A DNA stretch of 64,000 nt from an uncultured delta proteobacterium. GTDB lineage: Bacteria; Myxococcota_A; Polyangia; Polyangiales; Polyangiaceae. The stretch covers positions 5,568,001-5,632,000 of the forward strand of contig CAWAIF010000003.1 in assembly GCA_963782055.1 (NCBI GenBank). Reading direction: 5' to 3'. The translations under genes were made by a program, and so were the position numbers. The notes under the pieces were generated by a model that saw only the letters and a program-made list of their open reading frames with translations, was not told where the DNA came from and made no database searches. Below, one piece after another: positions 38,883-48,407 of the stretch (positions are counted from its first letter, which is position 1; the number at the start of each line of letters is the position of its first letter).

Positions 38883-40034
38883 ATGAATCGCTCGAGCGCG
38901 TCGCTGTTCGTCCTTCTTCTCCCCCTCACGGTGGCTTGCGGCCCGGGTGCTGGGTCCGATCCCGCCGACGGCGGCGGCCAGCCCGACGCGGGTCCGGGGG
39001 CCGACGCCGACGCCGGCGCGCCCGGGCTCGGCTTCCGCCCGACCAACCTCCCGGCGGCCATCGACTTCAGTCACGTGGGCGATCTCGTCTTCGACGCGAA
39101 CAAGTGCGGCAACAGCATCAACCTCAACGATCAGGGCGGCACCACGTGCGACGGCCCCGGCACCGGCGTCTACGACAGCTTCGTCGTCACGCAGGTCGAT
39201 GGCAGCAAGCTGCGCGTCTTCGTCGCGCGCAACATCCGGATCGCGGAGGGCATCGACGTCACCGCCGAGGGCACGCAGCCCGTCGCGCTCGTCGCCCTCG
39301 ACACCATCGAGATCCTCGGCACGCTCGACGGCTCCAGCGGGCGCGCCGGCGGCTTCAACCAGCCCAACGGCGACCAGGCCGACGGCAAGGGCCCGGGCGG
39401 CGGCCTCTACGACAACGGCACGCTCAAGGGCGGCGGCGGCGCGTACTGCGGCGCGGGCGGCGCGTCGGGCAACGGCGCGGCCAAGGGCGGGAAGGCCTAC
39501 GGCAACGCCGCGCTCAGCCCGCTCGTCGGCGGCTCCACCGGCGGCGGCGCGTACCCCGGCGCGGGCGGCGGCGCGATCCAGCTCGTCGCCGGCAACAAGA
39601 TCCACGTCGGCGCGAATGGGTGGGTGAGCGTCGGCGGCGGCGGCGGCCAGACCGGCGGCGGCGGGGCGGGCGGCGCGCTCCTGCTCGAGGCACCCACGGT
39701 GGCGATCGACGGCGCCCTCGCGGCCAACGGCGGCGGCGGCGGCGCGGGCGGCGGCGCCATCTACGGCGAGGACGCCAAGCCGAGCGCCACCCAGGCGAAG
39801 GGCGGCGTGGGCACGGGCGGCGACGGCAGCGGCGGCAACGGCGGCGCCGGCTCGCTCCTCGACGGCGCCGACGGCACGCCGGGCGACGCGCAGCTCCTGA
39901 CGCACGGCAACGGCGGCGCGGGCGTGGGCCGCATCCGCATCAACACCACCACCGGCAAGGCGATCATCTCCGGCGTCGTGTCTCCTTCCGCCGGCACCTC
40001 GTGCGGGACACAGGGGATCCTGATCGCCCTCTGA
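38883..40034 (+). CDS. Glycine-rich lipoprotein
   Basis: Lipobox TVAC; repeated GGG(A/G)GG blocks alternating with beta-strands (AIQLVA, ALLLEA, RIRI). Confidence 0.8.
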   Translation: MNRSSASLFVLLLPLTVACGPGAGSDPADGGGQPDAGPGADADAGAPGLGFRPTNLPAAIDFSHVGDLVFDANKCGNSINLNDQGGTTCDGPGTGVYDSFVVTQVDGSKLRVFVARNIRIAEGIDVTAEGTQPVALVALDTIEILGTLDGSSGRAGGFNQPNGDQADGKGPGGGLYDNGTLKGGGGAYCGAGGASGNGAAKGGKAYGNAALSPLVGGSTGGGAYPGAGGGAIQLVAGNKIHVGANGWVSVGGGGGQTGGGGAGGALLLEAPTVAIDGALAANGGGGGAGGGAIYGEDAKPSATQAKGGVGTGGDGSGGNGGAGSLLDGADGTPGDAQLLTHGNGGAGVGRIRINTTTGKAIISGVVSPSAGTSCGTQGILIAL

Positions 40035-40058
40035 TCGCCGGCGTCGCGCGTCCAACGA

Positions 40059-40094
40059 CGAAGGCCCGGGCTCCCTCGCGAGCTCGGGCCTTCG
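40059..40094. terminator. Stem-loop between convergent genes (probable terminator)
   Basis: CGAAGGCCCG(GGCTC)...(GAGCT)CGGGCCTTCG. Confidence 0.65.
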
Positions 40095-40137
40095 CGTTTC
40101 CTTCGCCTTGGCGCGGCCGCGCCGACGCGAGGCGCGG

Positions 40138-41403
40138 TCACTCCTTCGCCGCGTGGTGCCCGCCGAACGTGTACCCCACGCTCACCCCGATGAGGTTCGC
40201 GAAGCCGCTGTAGCTCCCGGGGAACTGCGGCGCGGTGCTGTTGCGCGAGGTGAGGAGGATGAACTCGTAGCCCAGGTCCGCCTTGAAGCCGCTCTTGTGG
40301 CGGTAGCCGGCGCCCAGGCAGAAGCCGACGCGCGTGGAGTCGGGCAGGTCGGGGAGGGTGGTCTCGTCGGGCGAGGGGGTCGGGTCGATCACCACGCCCG
40401 CCCGGCCGCTCCACGCGTCGCTGAAGGTGAACTCGCCGCCCAGGTGGAAGTTGACCGTGCTGCTCCAGTTCTTCGGCTCGTGGGTGGCGAGGCTGCCGGT
40501 CGCGTCGTCGGGGAAGGCGACGTCGATGCTCTGGAAGTGCTCCCAGCCGTAGTAGACGACGTCGGCGTCCAGCAGCAGCTTGGGCGTGGGACGCACCGCG
40601 ATGCCGGCGGCGAAGCTGTCGGGCAGCACCAGGCGCGTGGTGACGCGCTGGTCGTGGATGGTGCCGGCGAGCGTCTGCGGGATGCCGCCGAAGTGGGCGT
40701 TGCCGGCGTAGTCGATGGCCACCGCGCTGCGGTAGTGCAGGCCGAAGGAGAGGACCTTGGGGACCGCCTCCACCTGGATGCCCACGTTGCCCCCCACGCC
40801 CCAGCCATCGCCGCCCAGCTCCGACGACCCGAAGCCGCCGCTGGGGAGTGCGATGTCGCGCTGGAGGTCGACGGTGGAATAGACGACCTGCAGGCCGGCG
40901 CCCACGCGGAGCGGGCCGAAGCGGTAGGCGACGGTGGGGTTGGCGTCGTAGCTGGCGACGTTGCCGTAGGTGAGGAAGGAGCGCCCCTCCCACCCAGCCG
41001 GCCACTTGAGCGTCAGGCCGTATGGCGTGAAGAGGCCGATGCCGACGGACAGGTTCTTGGTGATCCCCCCCACCGCATAGAACTGGAAGGGCGGGACGAC
41101 GCTGAAGGGCGTGGTGGTGGAGGCCCCCTTCGGGTTCTCGAAGGTGGAGCTCGGCAGGATGAGGGTGTCGCCCACCTCCATCTCCAGCTTCTTCCCCTGC
41201 GAGATGCCGGCCGGGTTGTAGTAGACGGCCGACGGGTCGTCGATGAAGCCGGTGACGGCGGCGCCCATGCTGGTGGCGCGGGCCGACTGCACGTCGAGGC
41301 CGATGCCGGCGGCGCGCGCGTCGGGCGCGCCGAGGGCGAGGCACGCCGCGCCGGCGGCGAGCAAGGGCAAGGTGCGTGTGGCGTGGAACCGATGGTGGGT
41401 CAT
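40138..41403 (-). CDS. fadL: OmpP1/FadL/TodX family outer-membrane long-chain fatty acid transporter
   Basis: Signal peptide, QSARATSMGAA, DDPSAVYYNPAG, GLFTPYGL, NPTVAY, LPDSTR. Confidence 0.9.
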   Translation of the reverse strand: MTHHRFHATRTLPLLAAGAACLALGAPDARAAGIGLDVQSARATSMGAAVTGFIDDPSAVYYNPAGISQGKKLEMEVGDTLILPSSTFENPKGASTTTPFSVVPPFQFYAVGGITKNLSVGIGLFTPYGLTLKWPAGWEGRSFLTYGNVASYDANPTVAYRFGPLRVGAGLQVVYSTVDLQRDIALPSGGFGSSELGGDGWGVGGNVGIQVEAVPKVLSFGLHYRSAVAIDYAGNAHFGGIPQTLAGTIHDQRVTTRLVLPDSFAAGIAVRPTPKLLLDADVVYYGWEHFQSIDVAFPDDATGSLATHEPKNWSSTVNFHLGGEFTFSDAWSGRAGVVIDPTPSPDETTLPDLPDSTRVGFCLGAGYRHKSGFKADLGYEFILLTSRNSTAPQFPGSYSGFANLIGVSVGYTFGGHHAAKE

Positions 41404-44342
41404 GGCAGCGTCCCGGTGGCGAGGAAGGTGGCGACCTGGAGCTGCGCCTTACCGGTCAGCGCGAGGCCCGCGCTGCCCTGCGGCGGCTGCAACAGGAAGC
41501 CGTCGCGCGTGGCGGGTGGCGCGCTGGTCGCGTCGAAGCCGTCCCCCGCCTCGGTGAACTGGTAACAGAAGAGCGGCGAGCTGCAGCCGTACCCGGGTGG
41601 CGTCGGGACGAAGGCGCGGTTCGCGCTCGCCACCAGCGCGAGGCTGGATGCGTCGGGGATGACCTGATCGCCCTCGATGAACTGCAGGAACGCCCGCCGC
41701 GCCGCGTTCGGCGCGGTGTACGTGTTGCCGCCGACGGTCACGTCCGCCGGGTGCGTGAGGCGATAGCCCATGTTGACCGGGTCCGCCGGGTCCAGGATCC
41801 ACTGCGCGACGCCGAGGAACTGGTCGAACGCCGGTGTGCCGGGCTGCAGGCCGAGCAGGCCGAGCTCGCCGAGGAGCGCCGTCTTCTGCGTGGCGAAGGC
41901 GGGTGCGGTCAGGATGAGCTGCACCAGCGATCCGCCGGGCGTGTTGAGCGCCACGCGGGTGGTGTCCGGCGCGACGGCGTTGAAGAGGGTGCCCAGGATG
42001 CTCCCCAGGTTCTGGCCGACGTAACCGATCTTCGTCGGGTCGAAGCCCGCGCCCGCCAGGTCGGCGAGGCTGCCGGTCCCCTGCCCTTCCACCACGCGCG
42101 CGAGCTGCGAGAGGTCGATGACGCTCTGCCGGAAGTTGTCACGCGACGCGAAGAAGTTGGTCAGGCTGAGCAGGTTCCATCCGGAGATGACGGGGCGCCC
42201 CGAGCTGTCGCGCAGGAAGTCGCCGCCCTCGCACTTCTGGTCGGCGGTCACGCAGCGGCCCTGCCCCTGCGAGGCGCAGAAGAGGTTGCCCGTCGGGTCG
42301 CCGCCGGTGGGACCGCAGGCGAGGCGGGTCGCGTCGAGGCGCGCCACGCAGCGGCCGATGAGCGGGTCCTCGTCGCATTTCTGGTTGACCGGATCGGCGC
42401 ACGACGCGTCGTCGGTCTGCTGCTGGGTGGCGGCCTTCGAGCCGGTGCAGGACGAGCGCTCACCGTGGAGGAGGGAGTCCGCCGCCAGGGTGGCCTGCCC
42501 CGCCTGCGCCAGGGAGTTGGCCAGGGCGATGGAGTCGTTGCGCGAGCGCGTGAAGGCGTGGCCGAAGATGGTCACCGGGTAGCCCGTCTGCGGCGCCGCG
42601 GTGGCGGGCAGGTAGAGCACGAAGGGCACCGGCTCGATCTTGGGGTTCTGCACGTCCAGCGTGCCCTGCGGCCCGGTGACCGCGACGGGCGTGAGCATCT
42701 CCCCGACATACACCTTGCCGATCGCGGAGAAGGGGATGCTGCCGGCGGACGCGATCGTCTGGTACTGCGTGGTCGCGTCGGCGATGTACAGCGGCTTGTC
42801 GGGCAGCACCTGCGCGAGCGACGGGCCGCGCGGGTAGGCGTAGAGCTGGTCGAGGATGCTCGCCTCCGACTGCGTGGTGAAGGCGAAGGCGAGCGCGACC
42901 TGGGTGCGCGCGACGCCCGCCGCCTGGAGGCCGTCGAACAGCGGCGACATGGCCAGGCGGAGCGGCTCGAGCTGCTGCGCCTGCGCGTCGGTGAGCAGGT
43001 TGATGGTGGTGTGGGTGCCGTCGAAGAGCGGGTGCGTGAGCCGGAGCATCGCGAAGATGGGGTTGGCGATGACCGGCTTGCCCGCGGTGTCGGCGACGCC
43101 GCTCGTGACGAAGGCCGCGTAGGTGGTCTGCTCGTCCAGCGGCGCGCGCAGGCTCCACTGGAGCTGCTGCGGCGAGGTCTGCGGGTTGCCGTTCGCGTCG
43201 GCGCTGGACATGCAGTTCAGGCACGGCGAAAACTGCGGCTGCGTCTGCTCCGCCTTGGGCGCCTGCGAGGCCACCGGGACCAGCCCGACCGAGGTGGTGC
43301 TGAGCGACTTGGGGTCGATCTCCGCCTGGGCGACCGCGCCGAGGGTGTCGGAGTTCTCGCTCACCGGCGGGGCGGTGGTGGAGAAGCCGTCCAGGGTGTT
43401 CAGGCCGCAGGTGATGGCGATCTGCGGGTCGGTCGGCGCGGCGCAGTCGGCGCTGGTGAGCGGCTGGAAGGTCTTGGGGTTGGGGAGGTTCACCTTCCCG
43501 CCGCTGCGCAGGACGTCGTTGGGGAAGGGCACGACGTTGTTGGCGGGGTCGAAGGTCGCCTCGCCGGCGTCGACGATGGTGAACGTCCACGCGATCGGGA
43601 TCATGTCGCGCGTGAGACCCTGCGCGGCGAGCGCGTCGAGCAGGGGCGCGTACGCGCGGCGGAGCTGCTCGAGCTGGATGGCGGTGGCGGTCTGGTCGGC
43701 GAGGCGCGCCGCCGGGTCGGTCTGAGCGGACGGGATGATGTCCACCGCAGGCTTGCAGTCGGGGGAGGTGAGGTCCTGGCACGTGACCAGCGGGGTGCTG
43801 CTGGAGACCAGCGCCCAGGTCTCCGAGCCGATGACATCCTCCCCCGCGGCGCCGCGCAGGCCGGTCGCGCCGCCGACGAGGACCGCCGCGTACTTGTGCG
43901 CGCGCGTCCAGGCCCCTCCAGGCGGCGGGATGGCGATCGCGCGGTTCGTCGCGTCGTAGACCGGCGTCACGGCCACCGGCGTCTGCGAGGGCGCTGCGGT
44001 GGTGCCCAGGTCGAAGACGAGCACCGTCTGCGGCGTGACCGTCGTGGGGTCCAGGTCCCCGCTCACCGTCACCTCCCCGGTGCTCTCGAAGGGGAACCCC
44101 GACAGCGTGCCGAGGTAGTCGGTCTCGAACTGCCGCTGCGCGTCGCTCTCCCCCGGGGTGGGCGGGACGACGATGAGCCCCGTCGACGGGTCCTTCGCGA
44201 GATCGTTGGGCGAGGGCACCACGGGGACCTCCGCCCCCGGGTCGAATTGCACCACGATCGTGGCGGATGGGGGCGGGTTCTGCGGCACGTTTGGCGCGCA
44301 GGCCGCGAGCAGCACGAGGAGAGGAGGAAGGAGGCGTTTCAC
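41400..44342 (-). CDS. VolA/Pla-1-like surface lipoprotein (Ig-like domains + alpha/beta hydrolase), catalytic residues apparently substituted
   Basis: Lipobox LAAC; P(S/F)PND and GFST motifs; YPVTIFGH, RDNFRQSVIDL, YVGQNLG, WILDPADP, GDQVIP, RDGFLL; ATGA overlap with fadL. Confidence 0.8.
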   Translation of the reverse strand: MKRLLPPLLVLLAACAPNVPQNPPPSATIVVQFDPGAEVPVVPSPNDLAKDPSTGLIVVPPTPGESDAQRQFETDYLGTLSGFPFESTGEVTVSGDLDPTTVTPQTVLVFDLGTTAAPSQTPVAVTPVYDATNRAIAIPPPGGAWTRAHKYAAVLVGGATGLRGAAGEDVIGSETWALVSSSTPLVTCQDLTSPDCKPAVDIIPSAQTDPAARLADQTATAIQLEQLRRAYAPLLDALAAQGLTRDMIPIAWTFTIVDAGEATFDPANNVVPFPNDVLRSGGKVNLPNPKTFQPLTSADCAAPTDPQIAITCGLNTLDGFSTTAPPVSENSDTLGAVAQAEIDPKSLSTTSVGLVPVASQAPKAEQTQPQFSPCLNCMSSADANGNPQTSPQQLQWSLRAPLDEQTTYAAFVTSGVADTAGKPVIANPIFAMLRLTHPLFDGTHTTINLLTDAQAQQLEPLRLAMSPLFDGLQAAGVARTQVALAFAFTTQSEASILDQLYAYPRGPSLAQVLPDKPLYIADATTQYQTIASAGSIPFSAIGKVYVGEMLTPVAVTGPQGTLDVQNPKIEPVPFVLYLPATAAPQTGYPVTIFGHAFTRSRNDSIALANSLAQAGQATLAADSLLHGERSSCTGSKAATQQQTDDASCADPVNQKCDEDPLIGRCVARLDATRLACGPTGGDPTGNLFCASQGQGRCVTADQKCEGGDFLRDSSGRPVISGWNLLSLTNFFASRDNFRQSVIDLSQLARVVEGQGTGSLADLAGAGFDPTKIGYVGQNLGSILGTLFNAVAPDTTRVALNTPGGSLVQLILTAPAFATQKTALLGELGLLGLQPGTPAFDQFLGVAQWILDPADPVNMGYRLTHPADVTVGGNTYTAPNAARRAFLQFIEGDQVIPDASSLALVASANRAFVPTPPGYGCSSPLFCYQFTEAGDGFDATSAPPATRDGFLLQPPQGSAGLALTGKAQLQVATFLATGTLP

Positions 44343-44549
44343 GACCTCAGCCCAAAGCAATGGACGGGCCAGTGGCCGAGGGCAGAGCGCTCACGCACGC
44401 TTTCGTGCTCACGTGCAGAATTCACACGCAGTCCGATCGCCCGGTGAGAATCGTTTGCGCCCGGCTCACGTCCGGCGAATAGCCGCGCCCGGACCCAAAC
44501 TATCACTATAGGGATAGACTGGGCGCGCGGATCATGCTGCGATGCGATC

Positions 44550-45413
44550 ATGCTGGCTCGCTCACTCGCGCTCGTCGCCTTCGCGCTCGTCTGGGGTTGC
44601 TCGGGGCCGGCGGGACCACCGGACACGGCGGGGGACGGCGGCGGCATGCCCGGGCCCGACGCTGGCGCCGCGCCTGACGGAGACCTCGCCGACGGCCCGA
44701 CGACCACCCACCAGGCGGAGGTCTACGTGCTCGACGGCATCGGCGGCGGCGTGGAAGGGAGCGCCAACTTCTACGACGGACCGGGCATCACCTACTTCGA
44801 TGTCGGCGATCACCCGGACATCTACGGGTGCGACCGCACCCGTGCAGGCGCGTGCGTGTTCCACGACAACAAGAAGTGCCTCGGCCCGCCGAGCGGCAGC
44901 GGGCGGTCCGCCGGGTCGATCACCATCGGCGATCCGGGCGGAGGGAGCCTGGTGCTGGACCCCTCGGCGCCGCCGGTCGACTACCCGGCGCAGTCGAGCA
45001 CCATGCTGTCGTGGCAGGCCGGCGACGCCGTGAGCGTGTCCGCCTCCGGCGCCGACGTCCCGCCGTTCGACGAGTCCGTCGCCTTCCCCGACACGACGAC
45101 GGTCTCGACGCCCACGGCCACCACCCCGGTCAGCCGCGCCGCCGATCTCCCCGTCGCGTGGACTCCCTTCGCACGGGGAACCGTGCACCTGGTGATCACC
45201 GATCAGACGGCGGCGGCTGTCGTGTGCTCCTTCCCGGGCGGCGACGGGTCCGGCAGCGTCCCGGCGAAGGTCCTCGCCCCGCTCGCCGCGGGGATGGGGG
45301 CGATCAAGATCAACACACGCGACGAGGCCAGCGTGATCACGGGCGACTGGACGGTCACGTTGGTGGCGCAGCGGTACCTGAACATCGGCGGCGGCAACAC
45401 GACGATCCAGTAG
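44550..45413 (+). CDS. Hypothetical lipoprotein
   Basis: Lipobox VWGC, DAG-type acidic linker, beta-rich domain. Confidence 0.75.
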   Translation: MLARSLALVAFALVWGCSGPAGPPDTAGDGGGMPGPDAGAAPDGDLADGPTTTHQAEVYVLDGIGGGVEGSANFYDGPGITYFDVGDHPDIYGCDRTRAGACVFHDNKKCLGPPSGSGRSAGSITIGDPGGGSLVLDPSAPPVDYPAQSSTMLSWQAGDAVSVSASGADVPPFDESVAFPDTTTVSTPTATTPVSRAADLPVAWTPFARGTVHLVITDQTAAAVVCSFPGGDGSGSVPAKVLAPLAAGMGAIKINTRDEASVITGDWTVTLVAQRYLNIGGGNTTIQ

Positions 45414-45484
45414 TCGCCCGCCCTGCGGCCCGGGGCGTCCCGCGGCAGCCATGCCCTGCCGGGCCGCGTGATACCATCCACCGC

Positions 45485-47425
45485 ATGACGCGCTCCTGGC
45501 TGCGCACCGCCGGGCTCTCCTTCGCCACCGCCGTGATCATCGTCGCGTGCGGGTCGCGCACGGGCTTGCTCTCGCCGGAGCAGCCGCCCCCCGGGGACGC
45601 GTCGACCGATCAGACGCTGGACGTCACCGCCGAGGACGCGCCCCCGCTCGGCGACGGCCCCATCATCGAGGGCGGCCCGCTCGACGTCGCCACCGACTGC
45701 GGGCAGCCGCCCTACTGCGACCCGAACGACCTGGGCTACGTCTACCAGTGCGGCGAGCGCATCTTCCAGTGCAGCTCCCTCGAGCAGTGCTACGAGGGCA
45801 AGTGCCGCAACCCCTGCCTCGACACGCTCGGGCAGGACACCTCCAACGGCTGCGAGTTTTACGCCGCGGAGATGGACATGGTCCCCGAGGCGGCGGGCGT
45901 CTGCTACGCGGTCTTCATCGTCAACCAGTGGAAGACGGGCGAGCCGGCGCGCATCCAGGTCGATCGCGGCGGCACCATCCTGCCCATCGCGCAGTTCGCC
46001 CGCATCCCGCAGGGCTTCGGCACCGGCATCACCTACGGCCCGTACGACCCGAACCAGGGTCTGGCCAAGGACGAGATCGCCGTCCTCTTCCTGTCGCGCG
46101 ATCCGGCGGCGGAGAACGACGCCAACCCCATCTCCCCGCGCAAGCTCGCGGCGTGCCCGGCGGGCGTCACGCCGGCGGTCGTGGGTGACGCCTCGCTGCA
46201 CGGCACCGGCAAGGCGACGGGCACCAAGGGCGCCTTCCACATCAAGACCAACGTCCCCGTCGTCGCGTACTCCATGCTGCCCTTCGGCGCCGGGCGCGCG
46301 CGCGTCACCGGCGCGACCTTGCTCTTGCCGACCAACGTTTGGGGAGACAACTACGTCGCCGCCAACGCCTACGAGGCGCCCACCTCCTTCCAGGAAGATC
46401 GCGCCGGCCCGACGCTCATGGTCCTCGCCAAGCAGGACGCCACCACCGTGACGATCAAGCCGGTGGCGGACATCCTGGCCGGCGGCGGCCTCGGGGCCAC
46501 CACGAAGGGCACGACCGGCACCTACACGATCAACAAGGGCGAGTACCTGCAGTTCACCCAGCCGAGCGAGCTCACCGGCAGCCCCATCCAGGCCTCCAGC
46601 CCCGTCGCCGTCATCGGCGGCTCCACGCTGATGGACGTGCCCGTCACGCGCATCCGCGCCGACAGCGGCCACCAGATGCTGCCGCCGGTGAAGTCGCTGG
46701 GCCACGAGTACGTGGCGGTGCGCTACCGCTCGCGCAACACGCAGATCGACGAGTTCGAGCCGTATCGCATGGTCGGCGTGGTGGACGGCACCACCCTCAC
46801 CTACGAGCCGTCCACGCCCATCGGCGCGCCGGTCACCCTGAGCGCCGGGCAGGTGGTGGAGTTCCAGGAGGCGAACCCCTTCGTGGTGCGCAGCCAGGAC
46901 GCGCAGCACCCCTTCTACATGGCGCAGTACATGACGGGCGGCGAGCCGTACGACGGCACCGGCGATCCGGAGTTCGTCAACATCGTCACGCCGGCGCAGT
47001 ACCTGCCGCGCTACACCTTCTTCACCGATCCGACCTACCCCGAGACCAACCTGGTCATCGTGCGGCAGAAGGACGCGCAGCTCGGCTTCCCCGACGTCAC
47101 GCTGGACTGCGCGGGCACGCTCACCGGCTGGCAGGCGGTGGGCAACGGCGGCACCTACCAGTTCGTGCGCGTGGACCTCTCCACCGGAGACTTCCAGGGC
47201 GTCGGCAACTGCAACAACGGCGTGCACACCATCGAGGGCACCTTCAACGTCGATGGCGGCGCCGACCAGGCGCGCTTCGGCGTGACGGTCTGGGGCTGGG
47301 GCAACCCGGTGACGTGGGCGCCGGACGAGGAAGACAACCCCAAGTTCACGCGGTGGGTGAGCTACGCGTACCCCGCCGGGGCGAACATCGGGGAGCTCAA
47401 CTCGGTGATCTTCCCGGCCAAGTGA
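45485..47425 (+). CDS. IgGFc-binding protein N-terminal domain lipoprotein
   Basis: Lipobox VAC, SNGCEFYA, ATLLLPTNVWG, LTGSPIQA, GDPEF, SYAYPAG. Confidence 0.82.
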   Translation: MTRSWLRTAGLSFATAVIIVACGSRTGLLSPEQPPPGDASTDQTLDVTAEDAPPLGDGPIIEGGPLDVATDCGQPPYCDPNDLGYVYQCGERIFQCSSLEQCYEGKCRNPCLDTLGQDTSNGCEFYAAEMDMVPEAAGVCYAVFIVNQWKTGEPARIQVDRGGTILPIAQFARIPQGFGTGITYGPYDPNQGLAKDEIAVLFLSRDPAAENDANPISPRKLAACPAGVTPAVVGDASLHGTGKATGTKGAFHIKTNVPVVAYSMLPFGAGRARVTGATLLLPTNVWGDNYVAANAYEAPTSFQEDRAGPTLMVLAKQDATTVTIKPVADILAGGGLGATTKGTTGTYTINKGEYLQFTQPSELTGSPIQASSPVAVIGGSTLMDVPVTRIRADSGHQMLPPVKSLGHEYVAVRYRSRNTQIDEFEPYRMVGVVDGTTLTYEPSTPIGAPVTLSAGQVVEFQEANPFVVRSQDAQHPFYMAQYMTGGEPYDGTGDPEFVNIVTPAQYLPRYTFFTDPTYPETNLVIVRQKDAQLGFPDVTLDCAGTLTGWQAVGNGGTYQFVRVDLSTGDFQGVGNCNNGVHTIEGTFNVDGGADQARFGVTVWGWGNPVTWAPDEEDNPKFTRWVSYAYPAGANIGELNSVIFPAK

Positions 47426-47492
47426 GGATCGCGCTGCGCGCGACGTATCGGATGGCGGGGTGTCTCGTGGCGATCGCGTCGGCGCTCGCCGC

Positions 47493-48329
47493 TCAGATCT
47501 CGGTCATCATCGTCGTGAGGATGTAGTCCGCGCAGAAGATGATGACGATGCTCGCGACGACGGCCTTCGCGGTCGCCTCGCCCACGCCGCGCGCGCCGCC
47601 GGAGGCGTAGAAGCCCTTCTTGCAGCAGATGACGCTGACGAGCGCGCCGAAGACGGTGGCCTTCACCAGGCACATCCGCACGTCCTTCCACTCCAGAAAC
47701 TGGCGGACGCGATCGAGGAACAGGCCCGGGTCGAGGCCCTGCCACACCACCGCGACGACGTAGGAGCCGGCCATGCCGGCGAGGCCGAAGAGCAGCGCCA
47801 GGAGCGGCAGGGTCAGGGTGCTCGCGACGACCCGCGGGACGACGAGGTACTGCACCGGGCTGACGCCCATCGTGGTGATGGCGTCGATCTGCTCGGTGAC
47901 GCGCATGTTGCCGAGCTCGCTCGCCATGGTGCTGCCCGCGCGCGCCGTCAGCACGACCGCCGCGAGGACGGGGGCGAGCTCGCGCGCCAGGGCCAGGGCG
48001 ACGACGCCGCCCACCATGTTCTCGGCGGAGAACTGCCGGAAGCCGACGATGGTGCTGACGGTGAAGGCCATACCGGTGAAGAGGCCGACCAGCCCGACGA
48101 TGAAGACCGACCCGGCGCCGACGAAGTCCAGCGCGGCGAGGGTCTGCGCGGCGCGAAAGGGCGGGCGCAGCAACCACGCCACCGTCTGCAGCGCCAGCGT
48201 CACGGTGCCCCCGATGTCGTCGAGCAGATCGACGAAGGGGGAGACGACGCGCCCGAGGAGCGCGCTCACGCTCCACTCGCTCCGGGGCGGTCCGGCGTCC
48301 ATCTCCGCGTTGGTCACGCGGCGGAGCAT
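47493..48329 (-). CDS. mlaE: MlaE family lipid asymmetry ABC transporter permease
   Basis: RELAPVLAAVVLTARAGSTMASELGNMRVTEQIDAITTMGVSP, GGARGVGEAT; start 48329 or 48302. Confidence 0.92.
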   Translation of the reverse strand: MLRRVTNAEMDAGPPRSEWSVSALLGRVVSPFVDLLDDIGGTVTLALQTVAWLLRPPFRAAQTLAALDFVGAGSVFIVGLVGLFTGMAFTVSTIVGFRQFSAENMVGGVVALALARELAPVLAAVVLTARAGSTMASELGNMRVTEQIDAITTMGVSPVQYLVVPRVVASTLTLPLLALLFGLAGMAGSYVVAVVWQGLDPGLFLDRVRQFLEWKDVRMCLVKATVFGALVSVICCKKGFYASGGARGVGEATAKAVVASIVIIFCADYILTTMMTEI

Positions 48330-48407
48330 ACTGCACCTTCCGCGCGTGCGCCGCGTCCGCGCGCAGTTGGCCGCGCTTCCCGCGGCCACCTCGGCTACGC
48401 TCGGCCG

